Shown piece after piece: positions 10,445 to 21,129 of a stretch of 63,990 bases of DNA. The notes under the pieces are model-generated. The model was not told the origin of the DNA. It saw only the letters and a program-made list of their open reading frames with translations, and searched no databases. Source of the stretch: a virus (Duplodnaviria; Caudoviricetes); the IMG/VR virus record IMGVR_UViG_3300010158_000067, positions 1 through 63,990 of that record, one strand, 5' to 3'. Position 1 is the stretch's first letter, and the number at the start of each line of letters is the position of its first letter. Position numbers and translations under genes: made by a program.

Positions 10445-11147
10445 AACTAATTTTAAATACAATGAAGATGGAACAGTTAATTGGAGAGCAATGGTTAAAC
10501 CAGAATATCTTTATGCTAATAAAGACTGGTTTGAATTGCGTGGAAAGCCTATTCCCGATTCAGTAGAAGGATTGGCAGACAATCAGCTTTTAATTAAACT
10601 TGGAGGTCTTAAAGAGCTTGCAAAGCTTAGGGGATATAATCAAATATCTTATGATGTTGTTAAGTGTGAAAGAGACTATGTTGTTGTTAAGTGTAGGATT
10701 CATTGGAAGCCTTTTTGTGAATCTGCGGAAAAAGGCATGACTGAAGATTATTGCACTTTTGAAGATATGGCAAATGCCACTCTTGAAAATACAAATGACT
10801 TTTGCGCAAAATTCCTAGAAACAATTGCTACAAATCGCGCATTTGTTCGTTGCGTTCGCAACTACCTCGGAATTAATATTGTTGGCGATGATGAAATTGA
10901 CAAATCAAAAAATAAAGTAGCGGTATACGAAAACTCAGAAGCCAATATAGTCAATATTACTCCACAGGGTCTCTTAAAAAAGCAGGCTAAAGACAAGCTT
11001 GGATGTGAATCATTTGATGATTTTAAGACTTATCTACGTAAGCTGTGGCAAGAAGAAACATATAAAAATGAAGAAGCTAAGGCTTGGAATGATTTCACCA
11101 CAATTCCAGCGAAAGAATGCAGAAAATTATTATCATTTATTAAATAA
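10437..11147 (+). CDS. Putative Rad52/Sak-like single-strand annealing protein
   Basis: VVVKCRI...EDMANA...ETIATNRAFVRCVRNYLGI resembles the Rad52-fold AxTxAxxRA helix. Confidence 0.45.
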   Translation: MNKTNFKYNEDGTVNWRAMVKPEYLYANKDWFELRGKPIPDSVEGLADNQLLIKLGGLKELAKLRGYNQISYDVVKCERDYVVVKCRIHWKPFCESAEKGMTEDYCTFEDMANATLENTNDFCAKFLETIATNRAFVRCVRNYLGINIVGDDEIDKSKNKVAVYENSEANIVNITPQGLLKKQAKDKLGCESFDDFKTYLRKLWQEETYKNEEAKAWNDFTTIPAKECRKLLSFIK

Positions 11148-11618
11148 ATGCAAACATCTTTTATTAAAAAAATTGTTACTGTTAATGAGTGGGTGACAGT
11201 AATGAATGACATTGATATCCTCTTTAAAGAGGATAATCAAAAATATGGACATGCTTGTGGTTTAACTCATGATAAGGAATTAATTACAAAATGCATTTCC
11301 CATGAATCATTATTACTTTGGAATATGCATGTTTGGGCTCATTTTAATGGTGAAAAATGGGATGGAATTTTTATAGGATCAATTAGAAAATCTGAAAAAT
11401 TTAACAAAAAACTAATGGATGAATATCTTTGGCTTTCAAAGAATTCAGCAAAGGGCATGAGATTATTTAATATTGCAAAAAAATATGCAAAAGATCAAGG
11501 ATGCGAATTCATTTACATGAATGTAGTAGAAAATCATCCAAAATCAGATCATTTAAAAAATCTTTATAAAAAGTTGGGTTTTCAAAAAGATACCGAAAGT
11601 TACATAAAACAAATTTAA
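11148..11618 (+). CDS. GNAT-family acetyltransferase
   Basis: KGMRLFNIAKKYAKDQGCEFIYMNV...NLYKKLGF. Confidence 0.7.
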   Translation: MQTSFIKKIVTVNEWVTVMNDIDILFKEDNQKYGHACGLTHDKELITKCISHESLLLWNMHVWAHFNGEKWDGIFIGSIRKSEKFNKKLMDEYLWLSKNSAKGMRLFNIAKKYAKDQGCEFIYMNVVENHPKSDHLKNLYKKLGFQKDTESYIKQI

Positions 11619-14600
11619 TAATTTAATATATTAATTGATCTTTTTGTTATAGCTGAAAATTGATAGGATGAAGTTGTTCCAGCTGCAGCATTAGATTGAA
11701 TAGATATTGTATAAGTTCCTATTTCTGAATTTTCTGGTAAATACCAGATTTTCAGAAAGGAACTTATATTTTTGTTGTAATCAGTCGAATGATAAGCTTT
11801 TGTTATAAAATTATTAGTTTGCTTTGATGGAGTTTGAATATATATATCATAAGAATCAGCATTCACCACTGAATTCCATTTTATTTCTATTCCACGCAAA
11901 TTTGAAATATATCTCAAAGAAGATATAACTGGAGCGGCTAGTCTATCTTTTTCTAAAACTTGAGATGCTTGCGATTGAGCGGTTAAAAAATTAAATGTAT
12001 TTTGTAGATTATCTACTTCTGCATTATCCTCAATTTCTTTAAATTTGTCTAAATTATATTCAGAAGCAAGAACATTATATTCATTTATATAATTTTCTGA
12101 AATAGACATTATTTTATAAATTTTATCTTTTTTATTTAATAAGTTTAAAGAATAACTTGATCCAACTAATAATTTTGTTAAATCTATAGAAGTAGAAGAT
12201 TTATATCCATCAAATTGATTGCTACTATTTGGAGATTTTCCAGATTTTGATAGAATCAATTCTGTATATTCATTGTATACTTCATCATTATATTTATAAC
12301 TTCCAGTTGCGCCACTTAAAATATAAAATGTATCAATTGAAGGTCTATCGTTTTCAATAACATTATTATAAGTAATAACTGGATTTTTATAACTAGATAT
12401 TGAAAATTTTGATACACTATTTTTAATCACAACTCCAGTATGACAAGCATCATCCGATAAATTATTCCACAAACACACATTGCGAGGATCAAAATCAATA
12501 CTATTATAATAATTAGTATTAAATTCATCAACTCCACTATATCTCAAATATCTTCCAGTATCAAAATACTCAAAGAAATAATTTTTATAAGGTAATTGAT
12601 ATTTTAAACCTTCATTCTCTAAAACATCAAAAATTAATTTATCTTGATTTCCGATTAATCCAGTGGTGAATTGCCAATATCCATATTTAGAAGACTCATT
12701 ATTAATATTTGAGTTCTCAATATATGTTAAAAATCCAGTTTCTTTTTTTATTTCATATATAACTGATGCAGGATTTAAAGTTTCTATTTTATATCTAATA
12801 TCGGAAACTCCACTGAATGACTTGACTGGACTATAACTATCAAATGCATTCATTTTAAATTCAACATATGAATTCTCAATAGATCTACAATAAGCGCCAT
12901 CATAAGTAATATTATTTTCACTTACTATTCGTCCACTTTGTTTTATTTTAGTTGAACCTAAAATTGGAGATGATGTGCAAAAAATTAAATTTTCTGGTAT
13001 GAATTGAGAATTTGCATAATAATCATCATATTTTGGTTTTGCGACTGGAACATATAAAGAAATTTCCGAATCCATATAAATCAATGGATCTAATATTTTA
13101 TCAATCGTAACTGAAAAACAATACTGATTATTATTTACTATCTTTTTAACCTGTCCAAAATTCTTAATTGAATTCATTAATTCGTCATTAACCCTGATTA
13201 AATCTCCAGGTTTGTATAGCAACGCTCTATTATCTGTTACAAATGTTATATTTGTATTTTCTTTAGAAGTCTGATATAGGAAGTATTTTCCGAATCTTCT
13301 TGCTTGAGCCTTAGATGTAACACCAAATGCATTTATATTTTTCTTTAAAATTCCCCTCTGTCTTATGCCATCTGAATCTTCCACGTATTCAATTTTTGGT
13401 TTGTAATTATCTCTAGCATCAATATACGCGATATCAACAGCAGTAAATTCATCGTCCTTTTTATGATTCGTATAATTAAATAAACCATCTTTAACATCAG
13501 AGTTATTGAATTCACCTATAATTGGTTTAATCCTATCATCATCAAAAGTTATCAGTGAGTTCATATAATAAACATGACCCCTGAATACCGAAGCGACTTG
13601 ATTAAGCATGTCAAAAATATTAAATTTATCTGAAATTAAAGCATTGAATGAATGTCTTGGTTCAACCCCACCAAATCCATCAGAAACTCCATAATAGTAA
13701 CCACTATCATCAACACAATCACACCAACGAGATATTTTATATAACTCCCAAATGTCAATTTGTTCAGATTCGATATAGTTACCCAATCCGTATCTTTTAT
13801 TTATTAAAAGATCCATTAACACCCAAGCTGGATTATTGGACCAAGATAGTTTAAATGTACCGTCCCAATCTCCATCATAAATTTTATATTTACCTTTTCC
13901 CTCTAAATATCTAACATCTTCTTCATTTTCATTATTTGGAAAATAATTACTAGGAACTAAAACTTTTTTTAATTTACAATGAAAAGTTCTATTAGGAATT
14001 TGAGAAAATGCTCTTGAATCAATTTTAGTTCCAACTATTGAGGAAAATGGATATGAAAATTTCTGAGGAATTATTTCAGTAACTTTATTTAATAATATTT
14101 TTTTACTTATGAGGGGTGAGAGTGTCTCATGAGATCTTCTTGTTATTTTAACATATCTACGCATTGGATTTCCATATTGATCATTTTTTGGAGCTGGTAT
14201 TTGAATTGTAACACCAGCATCATTTGCATATGTATTTTGTGTACTATATGTCGTATTTGAAATTCCAAGATTTTCAAAAAAAGAAATTACTTCATTTTTG
14301 TTATTAAATTTAAAATTTGGTTGAATTTCATATGAAGAAAATCTCATATCCACTGGTAAAAAATTATTTTCAATAAAACCTTTTTCTACAGATTTTAATA
14401 TATCACCTTCATTTGGACAATCCACAGTTAAACTTTGTAGCGTAACACTTTTATTTAATTTATAATTAAATGTACTTACTGAACCATTTTTATATGCAAG
14501 AGTATAATAAGTCCAATATGATGTACCGAAAGTGCCATACTTGGAATAGCTAGAAGCTATTTGTAAATCAGAATAAGTATAACTAGTATTCCATTGTCCA

Positions 14601-17600
14601 CCCGATTCATATCCAGATGTTATTTTATATGGAAAAGTGAAAGTAATTGTGTCATATGTCATATGTACACCTCTTAATGCCCAATTGTATGACCACATTT
14701 GAGTTTCAGTTCCAGGATAATTTATTGGTAATTTATCTGAATAATATTGAATATTTTGGTAAAAAGTTGGACCATTTCGAGTGCTATTATTTACCGATAT
14801 TAGGGTGCTTAATGGTAAGTTTTTATTTAATTTAGTTTCATCTAGAAAATCATTTAATAAAAAAGAACTAATATCTTCATCTTGTAATTCTAAATAGCCA
14901 TTTTGAATTGTTGGCTTTTTAAAAATTATTGTTAATTTTTTAGTATCTATATTATATATAGTATAAAAATTTCCATTTATGCTAATGGGATCTTTAATGG
15001 TTGTAGAGCTTATATAATTTCTTTTGTCAATAGCTTTTAATTTTATTAAATCTGATTTTCTAATTTCAAAAGAATCTGTCGAATATGTTTTTTGATACAC
15101 ATATGCACCGTCATCTATTATGGGAAGATATTGTAATGTTTGCATATCCGCTTCTTGATCATAAGCCATACGCCACTCTCTAACTATCATATCTCCCAAA
15201 TAAGTTTCACGATCAATTTTTGTGTTAAGAACTAATTGAGAATCATATAAAGCTTGCTCAATATTTTCTGCTGTTAATATTAAATTTTCATTGTTAATAA
15301 TTTTAAGAGTCATTAATAATGAATTAATATATTCAACATTATTTTTCAATTGAGTCGTGTATGATTTATCAATAGATTCATTTAAAATTGTCCTTTTCTC
15401 AACCCAATCCGAAAGATCATATCCTATTAAAAAATTAAATATAGAGTCAAATATATCCGAATCATCTTTTATAATATCATTTTTTGAAAATCTAGCTATA
15501 AAACCACCAAATGATAAAAATAAATCAGAGGGAAATTTTTTCTTTAAAGCCATTATTAATATATAAGAACTACCAAGTAAAGAATTTGCATATTCATAAA
15601 TAATTAAATTTATATCTTGGCTTTCTGAAAAAATATTTTTAGCATCTCCATCGCTGCTATAGTTAATATATGAAACTCCGTCAATTTGATTTGATTTCCA
15701 TGCGGGATCTATACTTACTGTTTCATAAGAAGTATAATTATAATTATATATTTTTAATTGTAGGCATTGAAGTGCCTCAGTATAAATATATTTATATGTA
15801 TCAAAATAATATGCATTTTCAGAAGAAACGCTTTCAGAACAAGCATAAGAATCAACCACATATAAATTATCTGAAATTAATTTTTGAGAAGAAATTCCAT
15901 TTGGCGATCTTAAAAATGAAATTGATTTAGCTAAATCTAAAATTTTAAAATCTTGATTAAAGAAATCCGAAACTTGCTGAGTTGTTAATGAATTATTTAT
16001 TAATTGAGTGCGAATATCACAATAATTTTGTTGAATGGTTTTTGGATTATATATTGTTGAAGTAATTCCATTAATGTTACAATAAAATTTTTCAATAAAT
16101 TGCTGTTGAGAACCTATATTAGAATTACATCCCGTTATATAAGAAATTAAATATTCATTATTACATGTTATTGCGCATAAATTCATATCTCCAAGATACA
16201 TCTCTTTTTTATTTGATAAATAATATCCAGTAACTGAAGATGTTGGACCGCAACAGATCATCTCAAATAAATAAAGAGGCTGGTTTTCGTTGTAAATATT
16301 TCTATTTCTTGAGATGTATCCACCTCTATCCAAACTCATTTTGCAAGAATTTACAAATTCATAAGATTTTCTACCCAAATCTATTATGGCACTATCAGTT
16401 GCCATTCCAAAAATATTATATCTATAAGAGAAAAATTCACAATTTCCACGATATAATTCTCTTTCTTTGTGTTCATATCCCGTTTCAACATCGACAACTA
16501 TAATTGCTGGTAATTTTGTGCCCGCAGTTATATTCTGTTTAGCTGATGAAGCATTTGGTATAGCCTCTCCATCCACTTGATCTCCACTGTTGTTAGTATC
16601 TTTATTTACGTATGTAGTTTTTGAATTATCTGGAATTAAAGTAGAATTCTGTGAGACATTTGAGTACAAAGCATAATAAAAAATAATATCATATTTTTTG
16701 TCTTCAGTATTTATGGATGTATATTGATTTCGATATAAAAATATAGTATTTGAATTATATGCAGTTTTGTCTACATTAAATTTGTCCGCACTTGGAACAT
16801 TATTAATATTATATTTTTTAATATTATAGACAGAAGAGCTACCTATTAACTTTCCATTTTCAAATTTTATCAATATATTTTCTAAAGCTTTTGTTGTTGA
16901 ATAGTCTGAGATATAAGCTGTGGAAGAATCAATATTTTTAAAATTAGAAGATTGATTAGTTGTCAATAAAAATTCTTCAAGAAGTTGATCTAGTATATTT
17001 AATTTTAAATAAATCAAGGAAGAATTTGTAAAAAATGAAAGTTGGCTTCTTAAATAAGATCCATTAATACCAATCAAATACAAATTACCAATTATATTTT
17101 CATCATATGATGATGTTGTATTTCCATATTTTAATTTATTTAAGTTTAAATACGGATTAATAATATATTTAAAAATATTAGGATAATTAACTTCAGAAAT
17201 TAATGACGAAGCTTTCCAAGAAGATGATTGACTTTTATCTATAATAGAATTCCAATCAATATAATGATTAATAATGTGAGCTACTGTAGCTTTTTCAGCC
17301 AATTCTTTTGCGGAAGCTGTTCTGAATTTTACCGTTGCAATATAAAAATTATAATTATCAGCTTTTGTTGAATTTGTTAAATATGTTGATACGGCAGAAG
17401 ATGTGGCTGGAATGGTATATTGAACAATTAAAGTAGAAGTTATTTTTTCATTAGCCGCTAATCCAAAGCAATATAAAGGACTCTGATCTTCATTTAATAA
17501 TTTTAATTTTTTTTCTAATGAAGAAGTGGAATAACCTTTTATGTTAAAAGATTCATTCACAATGTATGAGTCATTTGGTATTTGATAATTTATTAAATTA

Positions 17601-19432
17601 TTATTTATATCAGCATTCCAAATCGCAGCATTTCTCGAATTAACTCCAATTAAAGATTCAATTTGTGATACATTTGAACCTAAGCCATCTGATGAAATAG
17701 TATTATAATATAATGTTTGAGGATTATTTTTATCAGTAACTCTTTTTAAATTACATATGAGTAAATCTTCATTTAAAATTTCAACAGTTCGAACTCCATC
17801 TAAAATGTATCCATTGTTGTAATCCGATCCATATACTAGAAAATAAATATTTCCCTCTATGTAACCCAATATATTATTAAATCCAATAACATCACCATAG
17901 CTATTTACGCCTTGAGGAGCCAATGTTGTTTGATTTAGTTTACTCTGCAAACCTAAGGTTTTTGAATTATTTGAAACCAAATCAACATGATTTGTGTCAT
18001 ATAACTGTTGGACATTTAAACTTACAAAAATCTCCTCAACATTTTCATTTTCAATATAGTGCGTAATAGATGCAGCCTCTTGTGAAACTCTGGATGAAGA
18101 AGTTTTATCAAATTGAGTATAATTTAATTTTGCATTACATATTAAATATGGAGCACCTTTGCAGTCATATTCAATCGGCCAAGATTGAACGAATCTAATA
18201 TCATCGCTAGTTTCATCTTCAATTAATGTTGTTACTACTGGAGGTGTATAAGAATTCGTAATTCCAAAACTTTTAATTCTTTGTATTCCTCCGTTAGCTA
18301 ATGAAGAAGTTGGATTGAAACAATTACATATTTTATAAGGACCAATTAATTCTTTTCCATATTCTGTATCTATTTCTACATTCGAAAAATATTTTAAAGG
18401 AGCTTGTATCTCAGATCCATTTTTAAATTCAGATTGAACTAAATTATAATTAAAAAGCGAGGAGTCATTTTGAAAAACATAAATATTATTAAAATATCTA
18501 TCCAAAACATCATCAATATTTTTTATTCCCGTTTCATCATTGTATATAGACCAGATATAAATATCTAAATCATAAACTTCGTATTTATAAAATTCATTAA
18601 AAGAAATTAAATTTTTCTTAAATGTTTTTTTACCAGCTGTTGTAGATGAGTTATTACCTATAAAGCTTCTTGGTAATTCAAAATAATTAAAAGAATTTAA
18701 TGTTTCACCGCCAATAGAAAAATAAATATAATTAGATAAATCCGTCATTCCTATTTTAAGTGGCGACGGAGAATCTGGACCACCCTCATTAATATCAAAT
18801 TTGTCTTTAGAAAGATTTATATTAAACTTTGAAATATTAATTTTTGTTAAAAATGGTCTTTCATTAATGATTGGAGATAAATCAAAAGCTTTTGAAATAA
18901 GAGGAATCGAATCAAATGAACCATTTAAAGATTTAACGAATTGAAATATGGAATCATCTGGATGATATGATGTTATAGATATTGAACTATTAAAATTAAT
19001 ATCATCAATTTCGGACGCCTTTACTATTGAACTTCTTGGAGAAGATGGCGTTAATTTAATGTCTTGAACATTATTTGTATATTTCCAATGTTTTTTTAAC
19101 GCTTCCTTTAGAAAAGAAATGGAAATGGATTGTCTTTTTTCGGAAGAAGTTTCCTTAATTGGCGTATCATTTAAAAAAATACCTTCAAAAATATTTTCAT
19201 CATATACTTTTTTGCCATTTTTATTTATTAGACCTTCAATTGGCCCATCTGATATCAAATCAATAATTTCAGCATAGGAAAAAGAATTTATTGTATTTAA
19301 ATTACTAAATTGAGGGGGCGCAAGAACAGCTGGATATTGACTTACATCGGGTGGTGGAGCAGATTGACCACCTTTACTTCCACCTCCAGCGCCGCAAATT
19401 GTCAATTTTTTCTTTAAAAATAAATTATTCAT
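11615..19432 (-). CDS. Tail tip/host specificity protein, lambda gpJ-like, with large insertions
   Basis: DLISDGPIEGL, FSYPFSSIVG...IPNRTF...VPSNY, WDGTFKLSWSNNPAWVLMDLL...RYGLG, AFGVTSKAQARR, PGDLIRVND; C-terminal FN3-like segment. Confidence 0.9.
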   Translation of the reverse strand: MNNLFLKKKLTICGAGGGSKGGQSAPPPDVSQYPAVLAPPQFSNLNTINSFSYAEIIDLISDGPIEGLINKNGKKVYDENIFEGIFLNDTPIKETSSEKRQSISISFLKEALKKHWKYTNNVQDIKLTPSSPRSSIVKASEIDDINFNSSISITSYHPDDSIFQFVKSLNGSFDSIPLISKAFDLSPIINERPFLTKINISKFNINLSKDKFDINEGGPDSPSPLKIGMTDLSNYIYFSIGGETLNSFNYFELPRSFIGNNSSTTAGKKTFKKNLISFNEFYKYEVYDLDIYIWSIYNDETGIKNIDDVLDRYFNNIYVFQNDSSLFNYNLVQSEFKNGSEIQAPLKYFSNVEIDTEYGKELIGPYKICNCFNPTSSLANGGIQRIKSFGITNSYTPPVVTTLIEDETSDDIRFVQSWPIEYDCKGAPYLICNAKLNYTQFDKTSSSRVSQEAASITHYIENENVEEIFVSLNVQQLYDTNHVDLVSNNSKTLGLQSKLNQTTLAPQGVNSYGDVIGFNNILGYIEGNIYFLVYGSDYNNGYILDGVRTVEILNEDLLICNLKRVTDKNNPQTLYYNTISSDGLGSNVSQIESLIGVNSRNAAIWNADINNNLINYQIPNDSYIVNESFNIKGYSTSSLEKKLKLLNEDQSPLYCFGLAANEKITSTLIVQYTIPATSSAVSTYLTNSTKADNYNFYIATVKFRTASAKELAEKATVAHIINHYIDWNSIIDKSQSSSWKASSLISEVNYPNIFKYIINPYLNLNKLKYGNTTSSYDENIIGNLYLIGINGSYLRSQLSFFTNSSLIYLKLNILDQLLEEFLLTTNQSSNFKNIDSSTAYISDYSTTKALENILIKFENGKLIGSSSVYNIKKYNINNVPSADKFNVDKTAYNSNTIFLYRNQYTSINTEDKKYDIIFYYALYSNVSQNSTLIPDNSKTTYVNKDTNNSGDQVDGEAIPNASSAKQNITAGTKLPAIIVVDVETGYEHKERELYRGNCEFFSYRYNIFGMATDSAIIDLGRKSYEFVNSCKMSLDRGGYISRNRNIYNENQPLYLFEMICCGPTSSVTGYYLSNKKEMYLGDMNLCAITCNNEYLISYITGCNSNIGSQQQFIEKFYCNINGITSTIYNPKTIQQNYCDIRTQLINNSLTTQQVSDFFNQDFKILDLAKSISFLRSPNGISSQKLISDNLYVVDSYACSESVSSENAYYFDTYKYIYTEALQCLQLKIYNYNYTSYETVSIDPAWKSNQIDGVSYINYSSDGDAKNIFSESQDINLIIYEYANSLLGSSYILIMALKKKFPSDLFLSFGGFIARFSKNDIIKDDSDIFDSIFNFLIGYDLSDWVEKRTILNESIDKSYTTQLKNNVEYINSLLMTLKIINNENLILTAENIEQALYDSQLVLNTKIDRETYLGDMIVREWRMAYDQEADMQTLQYLPIIDDGAYVYQKTYSTDSFEIRKSDLIKLKAIDKRNYISSTTIKDPISINGNFYTIYNIDTKKLTIIFKKPTIQNGYLELQDEDISSFLLNDFLDETKLNKNLPLSTLISVNNSTRNGPTFYQNIQYYSDKLPINYPGTETQMWSYNWALRGVHMTYDTITFTFPYKITSGYESGGQWNTSYTYSDLQIASSYSKYGTFGTSYWTYYTLAYKNGSVSTFNYKLNKSVTLQSLTVDCPNEGDILKSVEKGFIENNFLPVDMRFSSYEIQPNFKFNNKNEVISFFENLGISNTTYSTQNTYANDAGVTIQIPAPKNDQYGNPMRRYVKITRRSHETLSPLISKKILLNKVTEIIPQKFSYPFSSIVGTKIDSRAFSQIPNRTFHCKLKKVLVPSNYFPNNENEEDVRYLEGKGKYKIYDGDWDGTFKLSWSNNPAWVLMDLLINKRYGLGNYIESEQIDIWELYKISRWCDCVDDSGYYYGVSDGFGGVEPRHSFNALISDKFNIFDMLNQVASVFRGHVYYMNSLITFDDDRIKPIIGEFNNSDVKDGLFNYTNHKKDDEFTAVDIAYIDARDNYKPKIEYVEDSDGIRQRGILKKNINAFGVTSKAQARRFGKYFLYQTSKENTNITFVTDNRALLYKPGDLIRVNDELMNSIKNFGQVKKIVNNNQYCFSVTIDKILDPLIYMDSEISLYVPVAKPKYDDYYANSQFIPENLIFCTSSPILGSTKIKQSGRIVSENNITYDGAYCRSIENSYVEFKMNAFDSYSPVKSFSGVSDIRYKIETLNPASVIYEIKKETGFLTYIENSNINNESSKYGYWQFTTGLIGNQDKLIFDVLENEGLKYQLPYKNYFFEYFDTGRYLRYSGVDEFNTNYYNSIDFDPRNVCLWNNLSDDACHTGVVIKNSVSKFSISSYKNPVITYNNVIENDRPSIDTFYILSGATGSYKYNDEVYNEYTELILSKSGKSPNSSNQFDGYKSSTSIDLTKLLVGSSYSLNLLNKKDKIYKIMSISENYINEYNVLASEYNLDKFKEIEDNAEVDNLQNTFNFLTAQSQASQVLEKDRLAAPVISSLRYISNLRGIEIKWNSVVNADSYDIYIQTPSKQTNNFITKAYHSTDYNKNISSFLKIWYLPENSEIGTYTISIQSNAAAGTTSSYQFSAITKRSINILNY

Positions 19433-19433
19433 A

Positions 19434-20099
19434 TTAGTCAGTCAAAAAATCTAAAAATACAGATGAATTTTGCGAATTTCTAAATTCATTATATGCAGTT
19501 ATATTAGTGGAATAATTTTTCACAGAAGCTGATAAAATTTGAGATGAAACCTTCATTTTTCCATATCCAATTGGTATTGGAGAACCTTGCTGTGTAGCAT
19601 TTACATTATTAGAAAAAATATAAGATCTACCTTTAGCCTCAACCATTGCAGTGGCTCCTCCTACAGATATTGCACCTTGTTGAGGTGGAGAAGCTTGTTT
19701 ATTAATTGCGTTCATTAAAAATGAAACGCCTAAAGATACAGCGGTAGAAATTATAGTATTTGCTAAAAAAGCAACAATTTGACCTGCAACTGTCAATCCA
19801 GCTGTAGTAGCTAATCCCAATCCAACTGCTATAGCGACACCCGAACCAATTATCATAGGAATAATATAGATATTTTTTATATTTTTTCTCTGCATTAATT
19901 TATTGGAGTCGTCAATTTGCTCAGAGTCGCAAATCATACAGTAATTTATATTTTTTTTATTTAATTTAAAGAGTTCATTGATAAAGCCAGAGCGATTTGC
20001 ATCAATAGCATTTAATGCAGACATGCCATTTGAAACATTAATTTTAAATAAAGATCCAAATTTTTTTCCAAGAATTCCTTTTATATGTATTGAGGTCAT
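19434..20099 (-). CDS. Tail assembly protein, lambda gpI-like
   Basis: IHIKGILGKKFG, IIPMIIGSG, SYIFS...QGSPIPIGYGKMKVSS. Confidence 0.85.
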   Translation of the reverse strand: MTSIHIKGILGKKFGSLFKINVSNGMSALNAIDANRSGFINELFKLNKKNINYCMICDSEQIDDSNKLMQRKNIKNIYIIPMIIGSGVAIAVGLGLATTAGLTVAGQIVAFLANTIISTAVSLGVSFLMNAINKQASPPQQGAISVGGATAMVEAKGRSYIFSNNVNATQQGSPIPIGYGKMKVSSQILSASVKNYSTNITAYNEFRNSQNSSVFLDFLTD

Positions 20100-20116
20100 A
20101 CTTAATTTTAAATTAG

Positions 20117-20725
20117 TTAAATAAATTTTAAGCTCTCAGATTCTGAGTGTTCAAAACTATTTTCTTGAGCAAATGTTTCATTTGTTGAGTAGTTTTTAAC
20201 TGATACGTTCACAACTTTAGATCCTGCTAAAAATTTTCCATAACCTATATTTACTAGCGCTCCTTGAGATGCTAAATTACTTGGGTTTGAAAAAACATAA
20301 GATTTTCCAGATGACTGGTTAACAAATGTTGCTCCACCAGTAGATGTGGAAGTTTGCGGAAAATTTATCTTTTTTGGATTTTGTGCTGCACCAATAATTA
20401 ATGAAATTCCAGTTTGTCCAACATAAAAAGCAGATTGATATTGTTGAAAAATAATTAATACAATAGCCACAACAATTAAAATCACACCAATAACTGTCAT
20501 TAAACCCTTTCCAGAGCCATTTATAATAGGCAATATGTCAATTGAATTACCATTAATTTCCAAAGAATAAATATATCCATTTGACTGTAATTCAATAAGT
20601 TTTTTTCTAAAATTTGGCTTGATGGCATCAATAGCCTTGACTACATCACTCATCTTTCCTAAATGAAATTTAAATGATGTGCCAAATATTTTAGATAAAT
20701 AACCATGAATTTTAACTTCCGTCAT
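20117..20725 (-). CDS. Tail assembly protein, lambda gpI-like (second copy)
   Basis: VKIHGYLSKIFG, ILPIINGSG, SYVFS...QGALVNIGYG. Confidence 0.85.
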   Translation of the reverse strand: MTEVKIHGYLSKIFGTSFKFHLGKMSDVVKAIDAIKPNFRKKLIELQSNGYIYSLEINGNSIDILPIINGSGKGLMTVIGVILIVVAIVLIIFQQYQSAFYVGQTGISLIIGAAQNPKKINFPQTSTSTGGATFVNQSSGKSYVFSNPSNLASQGALVNIGYGKFLAGSKVVNVSVKNYSTNETFAQENSFEHSESESLKFI

Positions 20726-21129
20726 ATTAATTCCTTTAACCTTTGTATTATATTTACATCATAATCCTTGTATTCAGGTTCATAAATATAAAACTTTTCT
20801 GTATTAATGGAATAAATTAAAAACGGATAGCAACAATTTTCAGATGTTTTTTCATCAAATTCAGATGGTTTTTCATCTCCAGCTAAATGCGAATGAAAAA
20901 CACACAAACAAGAATATTTATTTATAAATGCCAAATAATCATATGGATCAATCATGAAATAAGTTTCTGGATCTTTTGATCTATTTTGCATCTGAGTATA
21001 TACAAATTTATTATTTTTATCCAAACCAATCATTGAACATAACTCAGCCATGAGGCTCGATTCAGATTCCTTGGCTAAAAAAGATATTAAATCTTTTAAA
21101 TTATTAAATATTACATCTTTATTGCTCAT
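20722..21129 (-). CDS. Tail assembly protein, gpK-like JAB/MPN domain only
   Basis: E-x-C...FHSH...PSEFD JAMM motif; likely start MSNKD at 21129. Confidence 0.8.
   Translation of the reverse strand: MSNKDVIFNNLKDLISFLAKESESSLMAELCSMIGLDKNNKFVYTQMQNRSKDPETYFMIDPYDYLAFINKYSCLCVFHSHLAGDEKPSEFDEKTSENCCYPFLIYSINTEKFYIYEPEYKDYDVNIIQRLKELI

Noticed and set aside
13648-16503. Short plus-strand ORFs inside gpJ
   Set aside because: Antisense to a 2605-aa conserved gene, with no motifs
11615-19432. Inteins explaining the size of gpJ
   Set aside because: No C/S-start and HN-C/S/T-end blocks or LAGLIDADG motifs noticed in the inserts
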